A stretch of DNA of 64,000 bases from an uncultured delta proteobacterium. GTDB lineage: Bacteria; Myxococcota; Myxococcia; Myxococcales; Myxococcaceae. A model generated the notes under the pieces. That model searched no databases and was not told where the DNA came from. It was given only the letters and a program-made list of their open reading frames with translations. Made by a program: the position numbers and the translations under genes. The DNA lies in the NCBI GenBank assembly GCA_963776345.1, contig CAVZMH010000013.1, positions 160,001-224,000 of the forward strand, in the 5' to 3' direction. Below, one piece after another: positions 1 to 10,388 of this stretch (positions are counted from its first letter, which is position 1; each line of letters opens with the position of its first letter).

Positions 1-642
1 CACCATCCGGGTGCGGTGCTGCTCGAAGTGCTCGGCCAGCTCGGCGCCGGTCTCGGCGAGGCGGAAGTGCACCGGAGCACGCAGGGCCTCGGCGTCGCGG
101 CCCACCGCACGGAGCAGCTCGTCGGAGGCGGTGAGGCAGCTGGCGAAGCCGAGGCCCGTCCGGACCAGCGGGTCGTCCGCGCTCGCCCGAGCCGCGTCCA
201 GGTTCAGCTCGTGGGCGGCGATCCCGTGCCGGCCCTCGGCGGCGAGCGAGAGCACCATCCGCATCCCCAGCGCGCGCGCCACGCGCTGCCGCCCGGCGAG
301 CGCGGCGGCGCCGTCATCCACCCCCTGCACCTGCTCGAGGACGGTGGTCACTCCCGAGCGGAGGGCGAGCGCGATGGCGGCGGCGGCGAGCGCGGAGGAC
401 TCGGACGCGGTCAGCGCCCGGCGCGCGCCAGCGACGTCGCCGAGCTGCGCGTGCGCGTCCACCCGCCCCGGCATGAGCAACCGCCCCCGCGCCTCGATGG
501 CCCAGTCGCCCGGACGGACGGGCTCGTTCCCGTCTGGCGAGATGCGGGCCACCATGCCCCCTTCCACGACCACGGCACGGTGTGGATGCACGGCCTCGCG
601 GTCCAGCAGCGTGCAGTCCTTGACCAGCAGGCGACCTTCCAT
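1..642 (-). CDS. Amidohydrolase-superfamily protein (SsnA/MTA-SAH deaminase-like), runs off the left edge; metal ligands look degenerate
   Basis: Not in the ORF track; translated by hand from ATG at 642: MEGRLLVKDCTLLD...AVVVEGGMVARI...IEARGRLLMPGRVDAHAQL...LRSGVTTVLE...APVHFRLAE. The N-terminal beta segment, PGxxDxH and GVTTV are amidohydrolase hallmarks. Confidence 0.75.
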   Translation of the reverse strand, partial: MEGRLLVKDCTLLDREAVHPHRAVVVEGGMVARISPDGNEPVRPGDWAIEARGRLLMPGRVDAHAQLGDVAGARRALTASESSALAAAAIALALRSGVTTVLEQVQGVDDGAAALAGRQRVARALGMRMVLSLAAEGRHGIAAHELNLDAARASADDPLVRTGLGFASCLTASDELLRAVGRDAEALRAPVHFRLAETGAELAEHFEQHRTRMV

Positions 643-711
643 CCGGCCGGCACTGTAGCCGGTGCCGGCACGGCGAGCATGCGTCGACCCACGGGGCTAA
701 GCTTCCCCGGC

Positions 712-1677
712 ATGGGCGATCCGGCGTGGGCCCTCCCGCTCCACATCCGCTGGGACCAGGGGCTGTCGCTGGTGCACGGTGACGGCGAGCTGCCCGGCTG
801 CCCACCGCCTTCCCCGGGCATGTCGCTGGCCGAGGCGCTGGGCGTCGACGAGGTCACTGCCCGGGCGCTCGATGACCGCGCCCGGGAGGGCGGTGGGGTC
901 GAGTTCGTCCGCGCCGGGGCACCCGCCTCGCCGCGCTGGCTCCGGGTGTCGGTCGCGCCCGGCGGGGCGACGGTCGAGGCCCGGGTGCACGATCTCGGTC
1001 TGCTGCTGGAGGGGGGGCCCCCGCTGCAGATCTCGCGGCTCTCCAGCTCGCTGAGCCACGAGCTCCGCAACCCGCTCTCCAGCGTGAAGATGGCCGTCCA
1101 GACGCTCTCGCGGAACGAGGGGCTCTCCCCGCGCGACCGGCGCCGGCTCACCATCGCCCTGCGCGAGATCCGCACGCTCGAGCGCATGCTCTGGATGCTG
1201 AGCGAGTACGGGCGCGAGGCGCCGCTGGCGGTGGACACCTGGTCGCTCCGGGACCTGATCCACGAATCGGCGGCGCTCGTCGAGCAGGACCTGAGCGAGC
1301 GCAACATCCGCCTGGAGGTTGCGGGAGCGGAGGGGCTGCCCCGAGTGCGCTCCGACGGCATCCGGCTCCGTCCGGTGCTTGCCCAGCTCCTCCTCAACGT
1401 CGCCTCCAGCCTCGAGGAGGGCCAGCCGCTGGCGGTCACGCTGCGTCCCTCCGGACGGGGCGCCGAGGTCCAGCTGGTCGACGAGCACGCGGCGCTCGGC
1501 CCCGGTGACGAGGAGCGCCTCTTCGAGCCGTTCGGCTCGCGGCTGGCGCGGGGGGCCGGGCTGTCGCTCGCCGCGCTCCGGCGCGTGCTCCAGCAGCAGG
1601 GGGGAGCGGTCACCGCCGCCCCCGCGAGCCCGCCCCTGCGCGGCGTCCTCTTCAGCCTCGACTTCGCGAGGGCCTGA
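712..1677 (+). CDS. mrpA: Cytoplasmic histidine kinase-like protein MrpA
   Basis: H-box SHELRNPLSSV, N-box LAQLLLN, F-box LFEPF, GAGLSL; no TM segment; directly upstream of mrpB and mrpC. Start placed at ATG 712. Confidence 0.8.
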   Translation: MGDPAWALPLHIRWDQGLSLVHGDGELPGCPPPSPGMSLAEALGVDEVTARALDDRAREGGGVEFVRAGAPASPRWLRVSVAPGGATVEARVHDLGLLLEGGPPLQISRLSSSLSHELRNPLSSVKMAVQTLSRNEGLSPRDRRRLTIALREIRTLERMLWMLSEYGREAPLAVDTWSLRDLIHESAALVEQDLSERNIRLEVAGAEGLPRVRSDGIRLRPVLAQLLLNVASSLEEGQPLAVTLRPSGRGAEVQLVDEHAALGPGDEERLFEPFGSRLARGAGLSLAALRRVLQQQGGAVTAAPASPPLRGVLFSLDFARA

Positions 1678-1680
1678 CCC

Positions 1681-3084
<1,404 letters not shown>

Positions 3085-3091
3085 CGGAAAT

Positions 3092-3106
3092 TGTCGAACG
3101 CGAGAC
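3092..3106 (+). promoter_or_regulatory. Candidate MrpC-binding site (TGTY-N8-RAC)
   Basis: TGTC-GAACGCGA-GAC matches the published M. xanthus MrpC consensus; MrpC is known to autoregulate. Confidence 0.55.
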
Positions 3107-3263
3107 GATTCAGCGCCGGATTGAACGTTTTGTGCAGTCAAGTTCAGGACGTTCAAACGTTTCGTTCAATGTTCAAGTGACTGTTCTGCAGTTCCTGCGG
3201 CACCGGCGTCTGAAGTTGTCCAGATTCTGAACCTTTACGCCCCGTCGCACCGACTTCGGGGCA

Positions 3264-3279
3264 CGGCACGCGTCTTGGA
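3264..3279 (+). promoter_or_regulatory. Sigma54-type promoter for mrpC
   Basis: CGGCACG-CGTC-TTGGA resembles TGGCACG-N4-TTGC, about 43 nt upstream of the mrpC ATG; the adjacent MrpB is a sigma54 activator. Confidence 0.65.
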
Positions 3280-3321
3280 ATGAGCCCTCGCACACGTCAC
3301 CGCCGGAGAGGACCATCCACG

Positions 3322-4068
3322 ATGCATGGCTTCAACCGCCCGCTGGGCCCCATCGGCTCCAACATCGTGCCCCCGCTCCAGACGACGTCGTCGGGCATGC
3401 TGGTGACGCCAAGCAAGGTCGCCGCGCCCCAGGAGTCCATCGACTTCAAGGGCTACTTCAAGGTCGAGACCTTCCCGCACAACGCGGTCATCTACCGGCC
3501 CGGCGACGTGAGCGACCGGGTCTACTTGCTCAAGACGGGGCGGGTGCGGCTGATGCGGCTCGGCCGGAATGGCCAGCGCTCGGTGGTGTCCATCCTCCGG
3601 CAAGGTGACCTGTTCGGTGAGCTCTTCCGGCCCGAGGGCACGCCCGTCGAGGAGCTCGCGGTGTCGGCGGGCGAGGCCGAGGTGTGGAGCATCGAGGGGC
3701 GTGACTTCCGCGCCCAGCTCGAGGCCCGTCCCACGCTGGCCGTGGACGTGGTTCGCGCCTACGCCGAGCGAGTGCGCTCGCTCCGGAAGCGGGTGCTCGG
3801 GCTGACCTTCAAGGAGGTCCCGGCCCGGCTGGCGGACACCCTGCTCACGCTGGCCGAGGCCCACGGCGAGCGCTGCCCCCATGGCGGCGAGACCGACCTC
3901 CGCGGCATCACCCAGCAGGACCTGGCGGACCTGGTGGGCGCCTCCCGCTCCTTCGTCTCCACGCTGATCAACGAGATGAAGCGCGACGGGATGCTGGGCA
4001 ACGTCGGCCGCATCCTCTGCGTCCGCGATCAGAAGGCGCTCCGGAAGATCGCCTCGGCCGAGAAGTAG
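3322..4068 (+). CDS. mrpC: CRP/FNR-family developmental transcription factor MrpC
   Basis: MHGFNRPLGPIGSNIVPPLQTTSSGM...ITQQDLADLVGASRSFVSTLINEMKR closely matches M. xanthus MrpC, including the N-terminal TTSS motif. Confidence 0.95.
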   Translation: MHGFNRPLGPIGSNIVPPLQTTSSGMLVTPSKVAAPQESIDFKGYFKVETFPHNAVIYRPGDVSDRVYLLKTGRVRLMRLGRNGQRSVVSILRQGDLFGELFRPEGTPVEELAVSAGEAEVWSIEGRDFRAQLEARPTLAVDVVRAYAERVRSLRKRVLGLTFKEVPARLADTLLTLAEAHGERCPHGGETDLRGITQQDLADLVGASRSFVSTLINEMKRDGMLGNVGRILCVRDQKALRKIASAEK

Positions 4069-4131
4069 CCCCCCGGCACGAGCAGCAGGGACTCGCCCGC
4101 GCCCTTCCGGGATGGCAGTCTCCCTCGCCCC

Positions 4132-5964
4132 GTGCCGACGCTTCCCGAGAACAGGGGTCAGGCGGCCCAGCGCCACCGTGACCAGCGCGCCCGGGCCGAG
4201 GCCAGCGCCGGGGCGCTCGACCGGCGCATGGCCAGCGTGGCGAACGTCCGCGTGGTGGCGTTCCTCGCCGCGGCCGGGTTCCTCCTCGCCACCGTCTTCC
4301 ACCGCCTGCCTCTCTGGGGCTACTTGCCCGCGCTCGGCACGGCCCTCGGCTACGGCGCGCTCGCCCTGTGGCACGGGCGGCTGCTCCAGGCCGAAGCCCG
4401 CGCCCGGGCGGAGGAGGCGTACCACCGCCGCGGCGAGGAGCGGCTGACCGGCGCCTGGCACGGGCATCCGCTGGCCGGCACCCCGCTCGAGCACCTCGCC
4501 GAGCATCCCTACGCGGCCGACCTCGACGTCTTCGGGCACGGCTCGCTCTTCCAGCTGCTGGACGAGGCGGCCACGGCCCATGGGGAGCAGCGGCTTGCCG
4601 CGTGGCTCTCGTCGCCGGCGACCCCGGACGAGGTCCGCGGGCGACAACGCCAGGTCCTCGAGCTCGCCGGACGCCCGGGCTTCCGGCGGGACCTCGCCGT
4701 GGAGGGGCGGCTCGGGGGGAACGCCCGGGTCTCGCCGAGCGCGTTCATCGCCTGGGCCGAGTCGCCGCCGTCGATGGACGGCGTGGGCTGGATGCGGCCG
4801 CTCGCCCCCGTGGTTCCGATCGCCTGGGCGCTGGTCGTCGCGGCCACCGCGGCCGACTCTCTGCCCGGCGAGGTCCCCTGGCTCTTTCTCCTGGTTCCTG
4901 CGGCCCTCCTGGTCCTCGCCCGCCGGGGGGTGCAGCAGAGCTTCGACGGGCTCGAGCTGGGCCAGCGCGGAGCAGACCGGCTGGCGCGGGCGCTGCTCCG
5001 GCTCGAGCAGGAGCCGTTCGCCTCCCCGGAGCTCCGTGCGCTCGCCGGCCCGTCCGGCACCGGCTCGGCCCCCAGCGCGGCGATGCGGCGGCTGGCGCGC
5101 CTGTCCTCGCTCGCCGAGCAGCGCCGGAACCAGCTGCACGTGGTGGTGAACCTCCTGACGCTCTGGGACCTGCACGTCTTCTTCCGGCTCGACGACTGGC
5201 GGAGGCAGCACGGACGCGACGTCGCGGGCTGGCTCGACCGCCTGGCGGACGTGGAGGCGCTGGCGTGCCTCGGCGGCTACCTGCACGACCGGCCGGATCT
5301 GGTGATGCCCGAGGTGGTGGAGGCCGGGCCGCGCTTCACCGCGGAGCGCCTGGCCCACCCCCTGCTCGACGACGCCGTGCCGAACGACGTCGCGCTCGAG
5401 GGCCCGGGACGGCTCCTCCTGGTCACCGGATCGAACATGTCCGGGAAGTCCACCCTGCTCCGGGCCATCGGGCTCAACGCGGTGCTCGCCCTGGCGGGAG
5501 GGCCGGTCTCGGCGCGCCGGCTGACGCTTTCCGCACTGCACACCTGGACCAGCATGAGGGTCCAGGACTCGCTCGAGCAGGGCGTCTCCTTCTTCTACGC
5601 CGAGGTGCGGCGGCTGAAGCAGGTGCTCGAGGGCGCCGCCGAGCATCCCGGCGCCGCGCTGGTCCTGGTCGACGAGATGCTGCTCGGCACCAACACCCGC
5701 GAGCGCCGGCTGGCCTCCGGGGAGGTGCTCCGGCTGCTGGTCGCCACCGGCTGCATCGGGGCGGTGACCACCCACGACCTGTCCCTCGCGGAGCTGGCCA
5801 GCATCCCCGGGAGCACCCTGGTCCCGGTGCATTTCCAGGACGTCTTTGAGGACGGCCGGATGCGGTTCGACTACACCCTCCGGGAGGGAGTGGTGGAGAG
5901 CACCAACGCGCTCCGGGTGCTGGCGCTGGCCGGCATCCCGGTGCGAGACGACGCGCGCGAGTGA
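4132..5964 (+). CDS. Membrane-anchored MutS-related ATPase (domain V only)
   Basis: Hydrophobic helices near the N-terminus and mid-protein; TGSNMSGKST Walker A, SFFYAEVRRLK, LVDEMLLGTN, TTHDL. Confidence 0.85.
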   Translation: MPTLPENRGQAAQRHRDQRARAEASAGALDRRMASVANVRVVAFLAAAGFLLATVFHRLPLWGYLPALGTALGYGALALWHGRLLQAEARARAEEAYHRRGEERLTGAWHGHPLAGTPLEHLAEHPYAADLDVFGHGSLFQLLDEAATAHGEQRLAAWLSSPATPDEVRGRQRQVLELAGRPGFRRDLAVEGRLGGNARVSPSAFIAWAESPPSMDGVGWMRPLAPVVPIAWALVVAATAADSLPGEVPWLFLLVPAALLVLARRGVQQSFDGLELGQRGADRLARALLRLEQEPFASPELRALAGPSGTGSAPSAAMRRLARLSSLAEQRRNQLHVVVNLLTLWDLHVFFRLDDWRRQHGRDVAGWLDRLADVEALACLGGYLHDRPDLVMPEVVEAGPRFTAERLAHPLLDDAVPNDVALEGPGRLLLVTGSNMSGKSTLLRAIGLNAVLALAGGPVSARRLTLSALHTWTSMRVQDSLEQGVSFFYAEVRRLKQVLEGAAEHPGAALVLVDEMLLGTNTRERRLASGEVLRLLVATGCIGAVTTHDLSLAELASIPGSTLVPVHFQDVFEDGRMRFDYTLREGVVESTNALRVLALAGIPVRDDARE

Positions 5965-5981
5965 AAGGGAGCCCGCCGACG

Positions 5982-7733
5982 ATGGCCCGACTGGACCCCC
6001 ACAGCCACACCGACCTCTCGCAGCCCCAGCAGCGCCACCTGTCCTGGAAGGCCGAGGTGGACTTCGCCGGCCGGACGGTGCGGGCCACGGCCAGCCTCCG
6101 CTTCGACCGCGGCGGCGGCCCGGTGGACCTGGACAGCCGGGGGCTCCAGCTGGAGCAGATCACCGCGCCGGACCGGACGCCGCTCCGGTTCGAGCTCGGC
6201 GAGCCGGACCCCATCCTCGGGCAGCGACTCCGCATCACGCTCCCGTCGGGCGTGAACGCCTGCGTCATCCGCTACCGGACCGGTCCGGAGGCCTCGGCGC
6301 TGCAGTGGCTCGAGCCCGAGCAGACCGCGGGCGGGAAGTCCCCCTTCCTCTACAGCCAGTGCCAGGCCATTCACACCCGCTCGGTGGTGCCGCTCCAGGA
6401 CACCCCGCGGCTGCGCATCACCTACGACGCAGAGCTCACCCTCCCCGCCGGGCTCCGGGGGCTGATGGCCGCGGCCGCCGTCGATCGGGAGCTCCAGGGC
6501 GAGCGGTCCGTGGAGCGGTACCGGATGGACGAGCCCATTCCCCCGTACCTGTTCGCCTTCGCGGTGGGAGACCTCGCCTCGCGCGAGCTCGGGCCCAGGA
6601 GCCGGGTGTGGGCCGAGCCGTCCATGGTGGAGCGCGCGGCGCACGAGTTCGCCGGGGTCGACGGAATGCTCACCTCGGCGGAGGCGCTGTTCGGGCCGTA
6701 CCCGTGGGGGCGGTTCGATCTGCTGGTGCTCCCCCCGTCCTTCCCCTACGGCGGGATGGAGAACCCGCGGCTCACCTTCCTGACCCCCACGCTGCTCACC
6801 GGGGACCGCAGCCTGGTGAACGTGGTCGCCCACGAGCTCTCGCACAGCTGGACGGGGAATCTGGTCACCAACGCCTCGGCCGAGGACTTCTGGCTGAACG
6901 AGGGCTTCACCGTGTTCGCCGAGCGCCGCATCCTCGAGGTGCTGGAGGGGCCGGACCTGGTGGCGCTGCACGCAGCCGTCGGCCGGCAGACGCTCGACGA
7001 GGCGGTGGCCAACTTCCGTGACCGGCCCGAGCTGACCCGGCTCCGGACGAAGCTCGAGGGCGTGGACCCCGACGATGCGTTCAGCCAGGTCCCGTACGAG
7101 AAGGGCTACCTCTTCCTCCGGACGCTGGAGGAGGCGGTGGGAGGTCCCGCGTTCGACCGGTTCCTGAAGCGCTACATGGACGGGTTCCGGTTCCGGTCCA
7201 TCACCACCGAGGAGCTGCTGGAGCTCATCCGCGCCGAGCTGCCGGGGGCGCTGGAGGCGGTGAACGCGCCCCGGTGGATCGACGGCGAGGGAGTGCCGCC
7301 GGGCGCCCCGGTGGCCCGGAGCGCCCGGCTGGAGCAGGTGGAGGGGCTCAAAGCCCAGGTCCCGCCGCCGGCGGCGAAGGCCTGGTCGCCGTGGGAGTGG
7401 CAGGTCTACCTGAACCACCTGCCGCGGCCGTCACCGGCCGAGCTCATGACGGCGCTGGACGAACAATTCCATCTGACGGAGGCGCCGAACCCCGAGGTGC
7501 TGGTCGCCTGGCTCACGGTGGCGATCCGCAGCGGCCACCCCCCCGCCGTCCGGCGCGCGGAGGCCTTCCTCGGCGAGGTGGGGCGGATGAAGTACCTGAA
7601 GCCCCTCTACGCGGCGCTCATCGCCGGGCCAGGGACGCGCAGCCTCGCGGAGGCGTGCGCACGGCGGTACCGGAAGCGCTACCACGTCATCGCCGCGGCG
7701 GGAGTGGATGCGCTGCTGCGCAAGGGCGTCTGA
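5982..7733 (+). CDS. M1-family zinc aminopeptidase (leukotriene A4 hydrolase-like)
   Basis: GGMEN motif, HELSH-x18-E (WLNEG), YEKG; DPHS N-terminus. Confidence 0.92.
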   Translation: MARLDPHSHTDLSQPQQRHLSWKAEVDFAGRTVRATASLRFDRGGGPVDLDSRGLQLEQITAPDRTPLRFELGEPDPILGQRLRITLPSGVNACVIRYRTGPEASALQWLEPEQTAGGKSPFLYSQCQAIHTRSVVPLQDTPRLRITYDAELTLPAGLRGLMAAAAVDRELQGERSVERYRMDEPIPPYLFAFAVGDLASRELGPRSRVWAEPSMVERAAHEFAGVDGMLTSAEALFGPYPWGRFDLLVLPPSFPYGGMENPRLTFLTPTLLTGDRSLVNVVAHELSHSWTGNLVTNASAEDFWLNEGFTVFAERRILEVLEGPDLVALHAAVGRQTLDEAVANFRDRPELTRLRTKLEGVDPDDAFSQVPYEKGYLFLRTLEEAVGGPAFDRFLKRYMDGFRFRSITTEELLELIRAELPGALEAVNAPRWIDGEGVPPGAPVARSARLEQVEGLKAQVPPPAAKAWSPWEWQVYLNHLPRPSPAELMTALDEQFHLTEAPNPEVLVAWLTVAIRSGHPPAVRRAEAFLGEVGRMKYLKPLYAALIAGPGTRSLAEACARRYRKRYHVIAAAGVDALLRKGV

Positions 7734-7832
7734 GAAGGTTCGCTGAGGAGGCGAAGAGAGCGGGCGTGGCCACCTCCAGCTGCCCTCGCCCCTCGAGCGC
7801 CGCGGACGTCGCCTCGCTCCCGTCGAGCGAGC

Positions 7833-8786
7833 TCAGGATGCTGCGCGAGACGCCCGGCGCTGGGACGCTCGGCGCGGACCGAAGCGCTCCTCGGACGGTG
7901 CTGCCGTGCCCTCGGCCTCGGCCTCGAGACGTGCGCGGCCGAGCGCGAGCCACGTCGGGTCCTGCTCGATGCCGAGGAAGCGGCGGCCGAGGCGCAGCGC
8001 GGCGACCCCGGTCGTCCCGCTCCCGGAGAACGGGTCCAGCACCAGTCCACCCTCCGGCGCAGTCGCCTCGATGATCCGCCGGAGCAGCGTCACCGGCTTC
8101 TGCGTCGGGTGCTTCCCGTGCGCCTTCTCGTCCGGGCGCGGGCTGGTGAGGGTCCAGATGCGCCCCTGCCCGTTCGCGTCGAGCTCCTCGTCGCCGGGCC
8201 GGGGCAGCGCCCACACGTCGCGCATCTGCTTGCCGCCGTTCTCGACCTTCATCCGGGGGTAGTCGAAGACGTGCTGCAGGCGCCCGGGCCGGCGCGGGGC
8301 GGCCCAGATCAGGATCTCCGAGCTGTGCGTGAAGTAGCGGCAGGAGAGGTTCGGGCTCGCGTTCGGCTTGTACCAGGTGACCGTGTTGAGGAGCCGCCAG
8401 CCGAGCGTCTGCAGCGCGAACCCGGCCGAGAAGATGACGTGCTGCGTGCCGGAGACCCACAGCGAGCCCGTGGGCTTCAGCACCCGGCCGCAGGCCTCGA
8501 TCCACGCGCGGGTGAACCGGTGGTCCTCCTCGATGCCGCGCGAGGCGTCCCAGGCGCCCTTCGCCACGGGCGCGCGCCGGCCGGCGTGGCAGGTGAAGCC
8601 GCCGTTGCTCAGGAAGTACGGCGGGTCGGCGAAGACCAGGTCCACGCTCGCCTCGGGCAGCGCTGCCAGGCGCTCGAGGCAGTCGCCGGCATGGAGGGCC
8701 CACTCCGGGCCCCTGGCCCACGCGGGAAGCTCGGGGAAGGGCGAGGCGGCGAGGGCGTCACGTCGGGCGCGGGCAGCGTTGGCCAT
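7833..8786 (-). CDS. Orphan beta-class DNA amino-methyltransferase (DpnA/M.MboIB-like)
   Basis: Motif IV ADPPYFLSNGG precedes motif I DPFSGSGTTG; HPTQKP; no endonuclease alongside. Confidence 0.9.
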   Translation of the reverse strand: MANAARARRDALAASPFPELPAWARGPEWALHAGDCLERLAALPEASVDLVFADPPYFLSNGGFTCHAGRRAPVAKGAWDASRGIEEDHRFTRAWIEACGRVLKPTGSLWVSGTQHVIFSAGFALQTLGWRLLNTVTWYKPNASPNLSCRYFTHSSEILIWAAPRRPGRLQHVFDYPRMKVENGGKQMRDVWALPRPGDEELDANGQGRIWTLTSPRPDEKAHGKHPTQKPVTLLRRIIEATAPEGGLVLDPFSGSGTTGVAALRLGRRFLGIEQDPTWLALGRARLEAEAEGTAAPSEERFGPRRASQRRASRAAS

Positions 8787-8948
8787 GCCCGAGTCACGCT
8801 ACAGGAGCGATCGATCCCGGCCAGTTCCGGTCGAGTGCTACAGACCTGAGTGGGCCAGGCCGGCACGCGGGCTCGCACGCGGCATCGCGTTCCCTCCGGA
8901 GCCAGACCCCCGGGTCCGTCGGATCTCACCCTCGCGGGGAAAGCACCC

Positions 8949-9989
8949 TCAGGCCGCGAGCGCGCCGGAGAAGTCCGGGTACACCTGCACCCCGTCGCCC
9001 GCCCGCGGCCGGCCGTCCTCGCGGGCCAGCGCCCGGTCGAGGGCGAGCAGCGCGATCTCCAGCTGGTCGTCGGTGGGCTCCACCGTGGTGATGCGCTGGA
9101 GCCAGAGCCCCGGGCTCACCAGCGCCTTCAGCACCGGCGGGCAGTCGGCCCGTGCCGAGCGCTTCTGCAGCTCGTAGGCGATCCCCGCCACCGGGAACGC
9201 CAGCGCGATCTTCAGCAGGAGCACGAACACGGTCTGCACCGCGCTCACGCTGGAGACCGTGGGAACGAACGGCAGCACCAGGATGTGCAGCAGCACCGCC
9301 ACCCCGACAACGACGAAGAGGAAGCTCGTGCCGCAGCGGGGGTGCTGCGTCGTGAACGGGCGCGCGTGCTCCACCGTGAGCGGGAGCTTCGACTCGTAGG
9401 TCCAGATCGCCTTGTGCTCTGCCCCGTGGTACTGGAACAGCCGCTGCGCGTCCTTCGTCCGCGCCACCAGCGCCAGCCAGCCGACGAGGATGCCGATCCG
9501 GAAGACGCCGTCGACGAGGTGAAACGCGATCCCGCGCAGGCTCGGGTCACGCCCGAGGAGCTTGAACAGGCCCAGCGTGAGCAGATGGGGCGCGGCGATG
9601 AACAGCGCCACCATGAACAGGAACGAGATGCCGAGGAGCAGCCCTCGTGCGAGCTTGCCCTGGCGAGCGCCATCGGGAGCGGCACCCTCGCTCGAGGCCG
9701 CGGGCGGGCTCGGCGGCTGCTCCGGACCCGTCCCCTCGGCCGATTCGGCCTGCTCGGCGCTGAACGCCAGCGCGGTGAAGCCGTTGAGCACCGACTCGAC
9801 GAGCACCACTGCCCCGCGGAGGAACGGCTTGCGGAGAAACCCCGCCCGCGGCCAGAGCGTCTCCCAGGCCTCCTCGCGCACCGCGATGCGGCCGTCCGGA
9901 CGGCGAACGGCGACGACCAGGCTCCGGGGGGAGCGCATCATCACCCCCTCCAGGACCGCCTGGCCGCCGATGTACGGACGCTCGCTCAA
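8949..9989 (-). CDS. DUF1385-domain membrane protein
   Basis: IGGQAVLEGVMMR, FQYHGAEHK, HPRCGTSF, GLWLQRITTxEP; downstream of rpmE as is typical. Confidence 0.88.
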   Translation of the reverse strand: MSERPYIGGQAVLEGVMMRSPRSLVVAVRRPDGRIAVREEAWETLWPRAGFLRKPFLRGAVVLVESVLNGFTALAFSAEQAESAEGTGPEQPPSPPAASSEGAAPDGARQGKLARGLLLGISFLFMVALFIAAPHLLTLGLFKLLGRDPSLRGIAFHLVDGVFRIGILVGWLALVARTKDAQRLFQYHGAEHKAIWTYESKLPLTVEHARPFTTQHPRCGTSFLFVVVGVAVLLHILVLPFVPTVSSVSAVQTVFVLLLKIALAFPVAGIAYELQKRSARADCPPVLKALVSPGLWLQRITTVEPTDDQLEIALLALDRALAREDGRPRAGDGVQVYPDFSGALAA

Positions 9990-10006
9990 GCGAACCGGGA
10001 TCCTGC

Positions 10007-10264
10007 TCAGGCCTTGGCCTTGGGCGCCTTCTTGCTGCCAGGAGCCGCGGGAGCGGGGGCCCCCGGCTTGGCCTCGTACTTCTTCCGGAACCGCTCCACG
10101 CGACCCTCGGTGTCCACCAGCTTGTACTTGCCGGTGAAGAACGGGTGGCAGGCAGAGCAGATCTCGACGTGGAACGAGCCGCGGGTGCTGCGGGTCTCGA
10201 TGACGTTGCCGCAGGCGCAGGTGATGCGCGAGGGCGGGTAGACCGGGTGAAGGTCGGGCTTCAT
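10007..10264 (-). CDS. rpmE: 50S ribosomal protein L31 (zinc-binding type)
   Basis: MKPDLHPVY...CACG...[13 protein letters not shown]...[10 protein letters not shown]. Confidence 0.96.
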   Translation of the reverse strand: MKPDLHPVYPPSRITCACGNVIETRSTRGSFHVEICSACHPFFTGKYKLVDTEGRVERFRKKYEAKPGAPAPAAPGSKKAPKAKA

Positions 10265-10345
10265 GGCGAATGCGACTCCAGTGTGTCGGACCGCCTTGCC
10301 CCGGGAGACCTCATGTCCCCGGAGGACCGGCGGGCGAAGCAGGGT

Positions 10346-10374
10346 CCTCTAACAGCGACCGGGGCCGGTCTCAA
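10346..10374 (-). promoter_or_regulatory. Sigma70-type promoter for rpmE
   Basis: Minus strand TTGAGA-N17-TAGAGG with an extended -10 TG. Confidence 0.5.
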
Positions 10375-10388
10375 GGGCGGGGCGCCCC

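Noticed and set aside
7833..8786. Restriction-modification or defence island
   Set aside because: No nuclease or other defence gene is adjacent; the neighbours are housekeeping genes.
8861..8877. Sigma54-like CGGCACG element
   Set aside because: GG-to-GC spacing is 11 rather than 10 and no gene follows on that strand.
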